Below, piece by piece: positions 1 through 9,449 of a stretch of DNA of 64,000 bases (positions are counted from its first letter, which is position 1; each line of letters opens with the position of its first letter). The notes beneath the pieces are model-generated. The model had not been told where the DNA came from. It did no database searches and saw nothing but the letters and a program-made list of their open reading frames with translations. Source of the stretch: an uncultured bacterium (GTDB lineage: Bacteria > Verrucomicrobiota > Verrucomicrobiia > Verrucomicrobiales > DEV007); the NCBI GenBank assembly GCA_963977015.1, contig CAXBMO010000011.1:32001-96000 (forward strand), in the 5' to 3' direction. The translations under genes were made by a program, and so were the position numbers.

Positions 1-241
1 AGGGGCGGGCATACCTTTCTCTATCCGTGTTCCTGCCCGGATTTCAAATCGCAATCGAGTTGGCCTGGTCCGGGGCTGTCGGGAACGACTCCGTGTCCGG
101 TTTTTGAAACGGGAGCTTTGGGGAGTGGTTTCACTGACCAGGCGAACTTCACCCGCCCATTCAGTTTGCCCATTCCAAGAGGATCTGGAGCCATTTGGAA
201 GCCTGGCCGGAAAGTTTTTTCAGAAATTCATAAAGAAATCC

Positions 242-271
242 TTTACAACGGTGACGGTTTTGTCATAGAAT
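242..271 (+). promoter_or_regulatory. Putative sigma70-type promoter (TTTACA-N18-TAGAAT)
   Basis: -35 TTTACA at 242-247 and -10 TAGAAT at 266-271, directly upstream of a structured segment starting near 278. Confidence 0.5.
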
Positions 272-277
272 TACCCC

Positions 278-365
278 GAACTCCAGCAATGGAGTGGAAC
301 CCTTCGGTGCTCGGCACCTCCTGCCCAACCTGCCTCCTATTGCCAGCCGAGGGGTTCATTCCTTT
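278..365 (+). ncRNA. Candidate small RNA with anti-Shine-Dalgarno (CCUCC) motifs
   Basis: Hairpin ACTCCA-GCAA-TGGAGT (280-295); 11-bp stem 297-307/347-357 with one G-U; inner hairpin GGCA-CCTCC-TGCC (313-325); second CCTCCT at 333-338; no credible CDS here. Confidence 0.45.
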
Positions 366-541
366 CAACTTAGGCCAAGCGAAAGCTTGGCCTAAGTTAT
401 TTTGGGCCCGCCGTATGAAAAGGAATATGCACGTAAAATCGGCTCGTCGCGATGTAAAATTTGTTCATTTTTGGTTAATATTCTTGCTGCCACTCACTGA
501 TGTTACGGTGTAGTTGGTAAATTCAATAAAAAGGAGTGCCC

Positions 542-1216
542 GTGAAAGATACGGAATCGAAGCAAAAGAGGATATACAGGGTTTTCCTCCTCGAAGATCA
601 TGAGTTCATGCGAGGAGGGCTTAGGGCTTTTCTGAGTATCGAGCCACAGCTTGAAATCTGTGGCGAAGCTGAAAGGCTGGAAGGTGCGACCGAAGCCATT
701 TTTGAATCCAAAGCCGATGTCGTCATTTTGGATATCGCTCTGCCCGATGGAAGTGGGCTGGAGTTCACCAAGGATCTCCGAAACGCCGGGTTCGAGGGGG
801 CGATTCTTGCCCTGACCATGCATCCTGAGTCACTCTACGCCAACCGCATGCTGCAGGCAGGTGCGAACGGTTACGTGACGAAGAGTGATAAACAGGAACT
901 TGTTTTGGAGGCGCTTTACGAAGTGCTGAAAGGCAATACTTATGTCAGCAATGAGTGGAAGGTTCAGCAGGCGAAGCAAGGAATCCAAAGCGATCGGACG
1001 GAGAAAATGGAACAGGCTGAGCAGTTGACGGACCGGCAGATTCAGATTTTGGAACTGATGGGGGCGGGCCTTCCGACTCCTAAAATTTGTGAGCGTCTGA
1101 ATATCAAGACTGCAACGGTGAATGTGCAGCGCATGCGGATGAAAGAGCGGCTGGGAATTTCTGACCTGAGCGAACTCACCCACTTTGCGGTGGTGCTGTT
1201 CGGTCAAAATCCGTGA
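542..1216 (+). CDS. NarL/FixJ-family response regulator (REC + LuxR HTH)
   Basis: VFLLEDH...ILDIALPDGSG...GYVTK receiver; LTDRQIQIL...TV LuxR-type HTH; AAGGAG RBS favours GTG at 542 (track start 536). Confidence 0.92.
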   Translation: MKDTESKQKRIYRVFLLEDHEFMRGGLRAFLSIEPQLEICGEAERLEGATEAIFESKADVVILDIALPDGSGLEFTKDLRNAGFEGAILALTMHPESLYANRMLQAGANGYVTKSDKQELVLEALYEVLKGNTYVSNEWKVQQAKQGIQSDRTEKMEQAEQLTDRQIQILELMGAGLPTPKICERLNIKTATVNVQRMRMKERLGISDLSELTHFAVVLFGQNP

Positions 1217-1244
1217 AACTGCCGTACGGCCAAATCGGCCGCTG

Positions 1245-2042
1245 CTAGACCGCGATCGGCGCTTTGATTGTCGGGTGTGGATCGTATCCGACCAGCTCAA
1301 AATCCTCGAATCGGAAGTCGTCGATCTCTTTCACTTTCGGATTGATTCGCATCGTGGGTAAATCGCGGAAATCGCGCGCGAGTTGCTCCCGTGTTTGATC
1401 CAGATGGTTCTGGTAGAGATGTAAATCGCCAAACGTGTGGACGAAATCGCCGGGTTTCAGCTCGCAAACCTGGGCGATCATCATCGTGAGCAATGCGTAG
1501 GAGGCGATGTTGAAAGGAACGCCGAGAAACAAATCCGCACTTCGTTGGTAAAGCTGACAACTCAGTTCGCCATCGTTCACATAAAACTGGAACATCGTGT
1601 GGCATGGCGGCAATGCCATTTTCGGCACGTCCACCGGGTTCCAACCGCTGACGATGTGGCGGCGACTAAATGGATTGGTCCGAATCCCCTCGATCAATTC
1701 CGCAATTTGGTCGATTGGCTCCGCGTCGGGGGCGCCCTGCCAGCGACGCCATTGCTTCCCATACACCGGACCCAAATCACCATTTTCGTCGGCCCATTCA
1801 TCCCAAATCGTCACCTTGTTTTCACGAAGATAGCCGATGTTCGTATCGCCCTGCAAAAACCAGAGCAACTCGTGGATAATCGAGCGCAGGTGCAGCTTCT
1901 TCGTGGTCAGGCAGGGAAACGTGTCCCGCAGATCGAATCGCGCCTGGGCGCCAAACACGCTCAGCGTGCCAGTTCCCGTGCGATCATCGCGTGACTTTCC
2001 CTCGTCCAGAACCAGGCGCAAAAGGCGGTGGTATTCTCGCAT
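1245..2042 (-). CDS. thyA: Thymidylate synthase
   Basis: [37 protein letters not shown] motifs. Confidence 0.98.
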   Translation of the reverse strand: MREYHRLLRLVLDEGKSRDDRTGTGTLSVFGAQARFDLRDTFPCLTTKKLHLRSIIHELLWFLQGDTNIGYLRENKVTIWDEWADENGDLGPVYGKQWRRWQGAPDAEPIDQIAELIEGIRTNPFSRRHIVSGWNPVDVPKMALPPCHTMFQFYVNDGELSCQLYQRSADLFLGVPFNIASYALLTMMIAQVCELKPGDFVHTFGDLHLYQNHLDQTREQLARDFRDLPTMRINPKVKEIDDFRFEDFELVGYDPHPTIKAPIAV

Positions 2043-2130
2043 GAGGATGAGGTTAGGCCAAAGCTGGGAGCTATTCCACTTTTCTCAAGGGAATCCCGCA
2101 ACTCGGCGAAAAGGCCTGGGTTTAAAGGGC

Positions 2131-3408
2131 ATGAAGAACTTGATTTCAGCCTTCTTTTTCGTCCTGGGACTGGGGGCATTTTCCGCGCAGGCACAGCAAC
2201 TACCACTCAATCAACCGGTCCCGGACGTGACCGCATATGATGCTGATGGGAATGCGTTTTCGTTTCGGGACAACCTGAAGGGCGAGACATCAGTGGTTGT
2301 TTTTGGCTGCCTCACTTGACCACCGTTTCTTCGAAACGTCCCCGGTCTGGAGACGGTTTATCAGGATTACTCGGGAAAAGGGGTCAAGTTTTACTACGTC
2401 TACAAGGCGTTGGCGCACCCGGAGCGGGATGGCTTCGTTCAGCCACTGACGTTGGAGGAGCGGCTCATGCACGTGAAGGAAGCGGCTCGCCGGTTGTCCA
2501 CGCAATGGACGTGGTTGGCGGATGCGCCGGATAATCAGATAAAGAACGCATTTGGGAACCGAAACAACTCGGAGTTCGTGATCGATCCGGAAGGGACGAT
2601 CGTTCGTGCCCGGACGTGGAGCAATGAGGAGGCGCTGCGTAAGGATTTGGCGGCGATGGTCGGAAGCGTGGAGACGCCGACGAAGGTGGCGGATCTTGAA
2701 ATGAAATCGCTTCCCGCCGAGCGCGATGGGGCGATTGCGACCAATGTGGTGCCGAGGGTTCCCGCTCCCGAGGGCGCCAAACCGCTCAAGGTTACCGCGT
2801 CCGGCGACGGCCCGTTCTATCTGAAGCTGCGGGTTGAGGCGAACCCGGATTTGCTGCGAACCGGGACGGGAAAAGCGAGACTGGGCTTTTGGCTGGACCC
2901 GATTCATCAGGTGCATTGGAACAACCTGGCGGAACCCCTGAAGTTTCGGGTGATTGCGGAGAACGGAACCACCGTCGAACCTGCGATCGGCACGGCTCCG
3001 AAAGTCGAGGTGGAAGCGGACTATGATCCTCGCGAATTCGCCGTAGAGATTTCCGGCGCGAATCGGAGCATGCCGATCAAGGTCGAGGTGAGCTATTTTC
3101 CCTGTCATGACGTCGACAAATGGTGCCGGGCGGTCACTCAGGAGTTTTCCATCGTTTTGGAGGAAGATCGACACGCTGGAAAGCCATCATCCCAGATGAG
3201 AGGGCGAGGGACCGGAGGAAAAGGCCCGGCGGGAAGCCGGGGCCCGAACCCCGAGCGGTTTCTTGCCAGAGCAGACGCAAATGGGGACGGAAAGATTGCC
3301 AAAAGCGAGGCACGGGGAAAGATGGGGGAACGCTTTGACCAAATGGATCTGGACAAGGACGGCTTCGTGACTCTGGAAGAGATGAAGCGGCATTTCTCGA
3401 ATCGCTAG
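2131..3408 (+). CDS. Secreted selenoprotein: deiodinase-like thioredoxin-fold domain (CxxU) + Cys-pair domain + C-terminal EF-hands; TGA at 2317-2319 read as Sec
   Basis: The end of track ORF 1837-2319 and ORF 2410-3408 are in one frame; read-through gives FGCLT-U-PPFLRNV...FYYVYKALAHPE, matching deiodinase FGSCTUPPF and YIxEAHP; signal peptide MKNLISAFF...AQA; SECIS-like hairpin follows the TGA. Confidence 0.85.
2334..2359 (+). promoter_or_regulatory. Putative bacterial SECIS element
   Basis: CGTC-C-CC-GGTCT-GG-A-GACG stem-loop; GGUCU apical loop begins 25 nt after the TGA and resembles the E. coli fdhF SECIS apex. Confidence 0.65.
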
Positions 3409-3504
3409 CACGGTTTCTCTTTTGTCATAACCTCTTGTGCTGATTGTAGATCCATTCGGCGAGATCCGTCGTTGACGAGAGCCTACCTTTGACGTAACCC
3501 GTTT

Positions 3505-3530
3505 GAGCCCGCATTCTGGCGGGTTCTTTT
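3505..3530 (+). terminator. Rho-independent terminator-like hairpin between the selenoprotein gene and gltB
   Basis: GAGCCCGC-ATTCTG-GCGGGTTC followed by TTTT. Confidence 0.45.
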
Positions 3531-3633
3531 GGCCGATTCCGAGTAAAATGTTGGCCCAGGAGGCTCCGCCAGCAATGGGGACGCGTCTTGAATCGGGCGA
3601 ATCATGCCCTCAATTCCTTGAGCAACATCATTG

Positions 3634-6600
3634 ATGAATCGGAAACTACTCCCACATTATCCACATGTGCAGGGCAGCCTGCACCAGCCTAATTTGGAAC
3701 GTGATGCCTGTGGCGTCGGCGTGGTAGCCCACGTCAAAGGCGAACGGAGCAACAAGATCCTGGAATATGGATTGGTCAGTTGTTGCAATGTGATGCATCG
3801 CGGGGCGATGGAGGCTGATGGGAAGACCGGCGATGGCGCCGGCGTCCTGACCCAATTGCCCTACAAGATCCTGTTGCCTGCGGCCGAGGCCATGGGCGTG
3901 AAGCTGGACGACGAGAAGGAACTTGGCGTAGGCGTATTCTTTTTGCCACAGGACGCGGAATGCCGGACCAAGGCAAAGGTGATGACGGAGGGAATCATCC
4001 GGCAACACCAGATCGAGGTGATCGGCTGGCGCGAGGTGCCAGTCAATCCCGATGAATTGGGCGAGAAGGCTCGCAAGACCATGCCGGTGATTGAGCAACT
4101 GCTGGTGAAGCGCGGCGCGGACATGGACGAGAAGAAATTTGAGCGGAGCCTCTATATGACGCGCCGGGAAATCGAGCGAAAAATGAGGGAGGAGATTCCC
4201 GACCTTTACATCAGTTCCTTTTCCCATCGCACCATTTCCTATAAAGCGTTGGCTTTGCCTCCGGCGATGCGGAAGTTTTATGCGGATTTGACGAATCCCG
4301 ACTACGAAACGGGGATTTGCCTCTATCACCAGCGATTTTCCACCAATACGTTTCCAAGCTGGCCTCTCGGACAGCCCTTCCGGATGTTGGCTCACAACGG
4401 TGAGATCAATACCGTGAGAGGCAACCGCAACTGGCTCAATTGCAGCGAAAAGGACTTCAAGAGCGATGTCTGGGGGGATGAGATCGATCTCATGACCGAA
4501 GTGGTGCATTCCGATGATTCGGATTCGGCCAGCCTCGATGCCGCTTTGGAGCTGCTCGTCCTTTCGGGACGCAGTGTGCCTCACGCGATGGCGATGTTGG
4601 TTCCTGCCGCTTGGCGAATTGACCCGACCACGCCAAAACCAGTTCAGTCCTTTTACGAATATCATCGCTGCTTCCAGGAGCCTTGGGATGGTCCCGCCTC
4701 CCTCGTGTTTACCGATGGCCGAGTGGTCGCGGCAACGCTTGATCGCAACGGGTTGCGTCCATCTCGCTTCAAATTGACGGAAGACGGCATCTTTTCGCTT
4801 GGATCAGAGGTTGGCACCATCGGACTGGATGATGAGAAAGTGATCCGGAAGGGGCGGCTTGCTCCCGGCCAGATGATCTGCGTAGACACGATCGACGGAG
4901 TGTTTTATTCCGACGACGAAGTGAAGGATGCGCTTGGTGCGAAGCAACCCTACGGGAAGTGGCTGGAAGAAAACCGGGTTCACTTCAGCGAGTTGGTCAG
5001 CTCTGAGCCGCAGGCGCCAGAGGGTGACCTGGATGTGATGTCCCTGACGCAGAAGCAGGTGACCTTCGACATCAACAAGGAGGAGGTGGGAGAGATTCTC
5101 GCGCCCATGCTGAAAACCGGCGCCGAGGCGATTGGATCGATGGGAGACGATGCCGCGTTGAGCATCCTTTCCAGCCGGCCGAAACTTTTGCTGACCTACT
5201 TCAAGCAGCTGTTTGCCCAGGTCACGAATCCGCCGATCGATCCGATCCGCGAACGGCTCGTCATGTCGTTGAACGTCAATCTTGGCTGGCAACGCAACCG
5301 TCTGGTTGAGAGCCCTGAGCACGCCAGAATGGTTCACCTGGCTTCGCCGTTTTTGCTCGATCATCAGTTGGAGAAGCTGATGAATTTGGAAGGGTTTCCA
5401 TCCCGCAAAATTGATATCACCTGGCCCGTCAGCGAAGGTGCGGCCGGGCTCGAGAAGGCGATCGACCGAATCTCGCGGGAAGCCGAAGAAGCGGCCGATG
5501 CCCACAACCCGATTTTGGTGCTGTCTGATCGAAACGTGGATCACGAACATGCCCCGATTCCCGCAATCATGGCAGTTGGTGCGGTTCACAACCACCTGAA
5601 CCGGGTTCACAAGCGGATGTGGTTGAGCATTGTGATCGAGACTGGAGAAGTGCGGGACACGCACTCCGCTGCCACCATGTTTGGTTTTGGCGCGCAGGCG
5701 ATCGTCCCGTATTTGGCTGTGGACACCATTCGCGAAGCGTTGCAGAACGATCCCCGGAAAAAATTGGGTGAGATCAGTTATGTTGACGGGGTGAAGAACT
5801 ACCTTTCTGCCTTGGAGAAAGGTGTGCTCAAGATCATGAGCAAGATGGGGATCAGTGTGCTTTCCAGCTACCAGGGCGCTCAAATTTTTGAGGCCGTTGG
5901 TGTGGGCTCGAAAGTCATCGATCGTTGCTTCACGGGAACCTCTTCCAAAGTTGAGGGAGTCGGATTTGAAGAGATTGCGAACGAGACGCTTGACCGCCAT
6001 CGCCAGGCTTTTGGCAAGGCTGTGCCAGGCGGAGAGGAAGTTGCGCTGAAGCTCGACGATCCGGGTTACCTGAAGTTTCGGCGCGATGGTGAGCGCCACG
6101 GGATGCCAAACCCGATCATCAAAAATTTCCACACCTTCATTAAATCGGGCGATCCGGTTCAGTATGAACAGTACGTCGAAGACCTGAAGTCGCACCATCC
6201 GGTCGCGCTGAAGGACGTGATGGATTTCAATTCGCCCAATGACCCGATTCCGGTCGAAGAAGTGGAGCCGAAGGAAGAAATCTTGCGACGCTTCACCACC
6301 GCAGCCATGTCGCTGGGCGCGTTGAGCCCGGAAGCGCATGAGATGCTGGCCGTGGCGATGAACCGGATTGGGGGACGTTCCGATTCCGGAGAGGGAGGAG
6401 AAGACAGTCGCCGATTTACGCGCTACACGGAAGAAACTGCCAAGGATACGATTTTCGAGGCTGGAGATTGGGGGAATTCCAAGATCAAGCAGGTCGCTTC
6501 CGGTCGTTTTGGAGTTCACACCCATTACCTGGTCAACGCCGAGCAGTTGGAGATCAAGATGGCTCAAGGCGCGAAGCCGGGAGAAGGTGGTCAACTGCCG

Positions 6601-8217
6601 GGTGACAAGGTGAATGAGCTGATCGCACGACTTCGGCACACCCAGCCGGGCGTGACCCTGATTTCGCCTCCTCCTCACCACGATATTTACTCGATCGAGG
6701 ATCTCGCCCAACTGATTCATGACCTGAAAGAAGTGAACACTTCGGCAAAGGTCGTCGTGAAATTGGTTGCGGAAGCCGGAGTCGGCACCGTTGCCGCAGG
6801 TGTCGCCAAAGCGAATGCGGACGTCATCCTGATTTCCGGACACGACGGCGGAACCGGCGCGTCTCCGATCAGTTCGATCAAGCACGCGGGGCTTCCCTGG
6901 GAACTCGGTCTCGCCGAAGCTCAGCAGGTTCTCATGCTGAACAACCTGCGCGAACGGGTGATTCTTCGGACCGACGGCGGCATGCGCACCGGGCGCGATA
7001 TTGTTCAGGCCGCGCTTCTTGGCGCTGAGGAATACAACTTTGGCACGATCGCCATGATTGCCATGGGTTGCGTTTACGTTCGGAAATGTCACCTCAACAA
7101 CTGTCCGGTTGGCGTCGCGACTCAGGATCCCAAGTACCGCGCCAAATTCAAAGGCGAGGTGGAGCATGTCGTGAATTTCTTCAATGCCGTGGCTGAAGAC
7201 GTCCGTCGGCACCTGGCTCAACTTGGAGTTCGCAAGATGGATGAGATCATCGGGCATCCTGGATTTCTCAAGCAGCGGGAAGTGCCAAATCATCCCAAGG
7301 CGAACACACTGAACCTGGGCGCGATCCTCAAGGATGTCGCCAAAGACGTGGGTGAAGATTTGCCTCGCGCCCATCGTTGGGAGCGGAACGACGGTTTGCA
7401 TGCGGAAGCGCTCGACGTCCGGATCATCAAGGATGTTGCGCAAACTCTGGAAGACGGAAAGACCCCCATTTCCAAGAGTTATCCCGTGGTTAACACCAAC
7501 CGGAACGTTGGCACGCGATTGGCGGGTGAAGTCGCCAAAAAATGGGCCAATCACGGAATTCCGGATGGCACAATTGATCTCCAGTTTTCCGGAAGTGCAG
7601 GTCAGAGTTTCGGCACCTTCCTGTGCGGTGGAATTCGCATGACGCTGACTGGCGAGGCGAATGACTACGTTGGCAAAGGCATGTGCGGAGGTGAGATTAT
7701 TCTCAAAGCTCCAGAGAAGCGCGGCTTTGTTCCTGGTGAAAACTCCATTCTTGGAAACACCGTGATGTATGGTTCAACCGGCGGGAAGCTTTTCGCCAAT
7801 GGCCGGGCCGGAGAACGTTTCTGCGTTCGCAACTCTGGTGGAACCGCAATCGTTGAAGGCGTGGGAGACCACGGGTGCGAATACATGACGAATGGTTTTG
7901 TGGTGATTCTCGGTCGCACCGGAAAGAACTTCGGAGCCGGCATGAGCGGGGGCACCGCCTACATTCTGGATCGGAAAGACCGTTTTGATACGCTGATCAA
8001 CCCGGAGATGATTGAAGTGGTCGATCTTGAGGACGAGGCAGACATCGCGGCGGTCAAAGCTCTCATCGAGCAACACCGCGACTACACGAACAGCGAACGT
8101 GCCGAAGAGGTGCTTTCTGACTGGGATGCGTCGCTCAAGCTCTTCCGCAAGGTTCAGCCCAAGAGAAAGGCCGCCCCAGAGAAAGCTGAAGAGCCAACGA
8201 AGAAAGCCGCAGTCTAG
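3634..8217 (+). CDS. gltB: Glutamate synthase large subunit
   Basis: ERDACGVG amidotransferase start, HQRFSTNT, AHNGEINT, KMAQGAKPGEGGQLPG, 3Fe-4S motif CVYVRKCHLNNCPVG, C-terminal GXGXG domain. Confidence 0.98.
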   Translation: MNRKLLPHYPHVQGSLHQPNLERDACGVGVVAHVKGERSNKILEYGLVSCCNVMHRGAMEADGKTGDGAGVLTQLPYKILLPAAEAMGVKLDDEKELGVGVFFLPQDAECRTKAKVMTEGIIRQHQIEVIGWREVPVNPDELGEKARKTMPVIEQLLVKRGADMDEKKFERSLYMTRREIERKMREEIPDLYISSFSHRTISYKALALPPAMRKFYADLTNPDYETGICLYHQRFSTNTFPSWPLGQPFRMLAHNGEINTVRGNRNWLNCSEKDFKSDVWGDEIDLMTEVVHSDDSDSASLDAALELLVLSGRSVPHAMAMLVPAAWRIDPTTPKPVQSFYEYHRCFQEPWDGPASLVFTDGRVVAATLDRNGLRPSRFKLTEDGIFSLGSEVGTIGLDDEKVIRKGRLAPGQMICVDTIDGVFYSDDEVKDALGAKQPYGKWLEENRVHFSELVSSEPQAPEGDLDVMSLTQKQVTFDINKEEVGEILAPMLKTGAEAIGSMGDDAALSILSSRPKLLLTYFKQLFAQVTNPPIDPIRERLVMSLNVNLGWQRNRLVESPEHARMVHLASPFLLDHQLEKLMNLEGFPSRKIDITWPVSEGAAGLEKAIDRISREAEEAADAHNPILVLSDRNVDHEHAPIPAIMAVGAVHNHLNRVHKRMWLSIVIETGEVRDTHSAATMFGFGAQAIVPYLAVDTIREALQNDPRKKLGEISYVDGVKNYLSALEKGVLKIMSKMGISVLSSYQGAQIFEAVGVGSKVIDRCFTGTSSKVEGVGFEEIANETLDRHRQAFGKAVPGGEEVALKLDDPGYLKFRRDGERHGMPNPIIKNFHTFIKSGDPVQYEQYVEDLKSHHPVALKDVMDFNSPNDPIPVEEVEPKEEILRRFTTAAMSLGALSPEAHEMLAVAMNRIGGRSDSGEGGEDSRRFTRYTEETAKDTIFEAGDWGNSKIKQVASGRFGVHTHYLVNAEQLEIKMAQGAKPGEGGQLPGDKVNELIARLRHTQPGVTLISPPPHHDIYSIEDLAQLIHDLKEVNTSAKVVVKLVAEAGVGTVAAGVAKANADVILISGHDGGTGASPISSIKHAGLPWELGLAEAQQVLMLNNLRERVILRTDGGMRTGRDIVQAALLGAEEYNFGTIAMIAMGCVYVRKCHLNNCPVGVATQDPKYRAKFKGEVEHVVNFFNAVAEDVRRHLAQLGVRKMDEIIGHPGFLKQREVPNHPKANTLNLGAILKDVAKDVGEDLPRAHRWERNDGLHAEALDVRIIKDVAQTLEDGKTPISKSYPVVNTNRNVGTRLAGEVAKKWANHGIPDGTIDLQFSGSAGQSFGTFLCGGIRMTLTGEANDYVGKGMCGGEIILKAPEKRGFVPGENSILGNTVMYGSTGGKLFANGRAGERFCVRNSGGTAIVEGVGDHGCEYMTNGFVVILGRTGKNFGAGMSGGTAYILDRKDRFDTLINPEMIEVVDLEDEADIAAVKALIEQHRDYTNSERAEEVLSDWDASLKLFRKVQPKRKAAPEKAEEPTKKAAV

Positions 8218-8252
8218 GCCAGGCCCAAGAACACATTCCTTCTGGCGAAGCT

Positions 8253-9368
8253 CTACTGGCCTGCCGGAACCGTCTGATCTTGCACGATGGTTCCCGTGCC
8301 CAGGAGTTGCTGTGCGAGGAAGGTTTCGACCAGCTTTTGAATGGCCGGGCCAAACCCTCGGCCGTGTCCGCCATCCTGTACCGTCACGAACGTGGCGCTC
8401 ACACCACTGGCTTCCAGCTTCTTCTCGAAATCTACGGATTGAGGGTAGGGGACGAGGTCGTCTTTGGTGCCGTGGACGATGAGCGTCGGTGCGTCATCTG
8501 CGGTCACATGTGTGATGGGCGAAGCGTTGTTCGCCCGATCCTTGTTTGCTTGAATGGCGCCACCAATCAGGATCGATTCGGGTGAATTCGGAGCATTGTG
8601 ATCGATCTTGCTGGGGTGATCGTTCATCGTGAGTAACTCGGTCGGTCCATAGTAGTCTACGACGCAGGCAACGTCGCTCGATTGGCCGGTATGCGGACCA
8701 ATGGTTCCCTCCAGATCGGCGACTCCGTGGCTGACCCCCAACATCGCAACCAAATGGCCGCCGGCGGAGGAACCCCAGACCGCAATTCGGTCAGGATCCA
8801 GATTGTATTTTTCAGCGTTGGCGCGAATCCAGCGAATCGCGGCTTTGCAGTCGTGAATCTGAGCGGGCCACGGGGCCTCGGTGCTCAATCGATACCCGAT
8901 CGAAACGCCCGCATAGCTGCCCGTTGTCGCGAGCCGGGCTACCTTGGTGCCGTTGCTTTTGTCGCCTGCCTTCCATCCTCCTCCATGAATCCAGCAAACC
9001 ACGGGAAGTGGATCGTCTCCGAGCTCCTTGGGGAGATACAAGTCCAGCTTTTGCTTGGGATTGTCGTTCCCCGCGTAGTCCAGATCGGAAAGCTTTGTGA
9101 ACTGATCGTTCCCGACATTTCCGCGTTCCGGACGAGCCGGATCATTCCGTTTCGTCACCGCAAGGTGCTCTTCCAGCGAAATCGCGCCGTCCTTGTTCGT
9201 GTCGACGCGTTCGAAGTTCTTCTGGAGAGGCTGGGGCAACTCATCCTTGGTCAACTTGCCATCCTTGTTCCGGTCCCAATTTGTGAATCGGCGATCCGGT
9301 TCCACTTGGGCGAGGCCGGAGAGGGGAAAGGCGATGGCGAGAAGAAGTAACGAGAGATGGGGCTTCAT
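8253..9368 (-). CDS. Secreted alpha/beta hydrolase (HSL-like esterase) with N-terminal EF-hands
   Basis: Signal peptide MKPHLSLLLL; DRNKDGKLTKDE and DTNKDGAISLEE EF-hands; IHGGGW, GSSAGG, HGTKD, GGHG. Confidence 0.9.
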   Translation of the reverse strand: MKPHLSLLLLAIAFPLSGLAQVEPDRRFTNWDRNKDGKLTKDELPQPLQKNFERVDTNKDGAISLEEHLAVTKRNDPARPERGNVGNDQFTKLSDLDYAGNDNPKQKLDLYLPKELGDDPLPVVCWIHGGGWKAGDKSNGTKVARLATTGSYAGVSIGYRLSTEAPWPAQIHDCKAAIRWIRANAEKYNLDPDRIAVWGSSAGGHLVAMLGVSHGVADLEGTIGPHTGQSSDVACVVDYYGPTELLTMNDHPSKIDHNAPNSPESILIGGAIQANKDRANNASPITHVTADDAPTLIVHGTKDDLVPYPQSVDFEKKLEASGVSATFVTVQDGGHGRGFGPAIQKLVETFLAQQLLGTGTIVQDQTVPAGQ

Positions 9369-9449
9369 GAGATAGGGGTTAAAACTGAAGAAAGCGGTCA
9401 AAGTTTCGCAGCAAACCGAGAAAAAGCGGGATGGAACCGTTGCTAACGG

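Noticed and set aside
1-12. Possible minus-strand gene start (ATG at 12 with an upstream AAAGG)
   Set aside because: Only 4 codons lie inside the window; cannot be supported
118-513. 131-aa ORF in the track
   Set aside because: TTG start, no recognisable motif; overlaps a promoter and structured RNA candidate that explain the region better
1837-3408. Two separate ORFs (1837-2319 and 2410-3408), or a nonsense pseudogene
   Set aside because: Same frame, the TGA falls exactly at the redox position of a CxxU motif, and a SECIS-like hairpin follows; treated as one selenoprotein from ATG 2131
4804-7554. 916-aa antisense ORF, and similar long shadow ORFs (35771-37495, 48852-50303, 50413-52185)
   Set aside because: Antisense mirrors of well-supported genes, expected from GC-rich codon bias; no motifs
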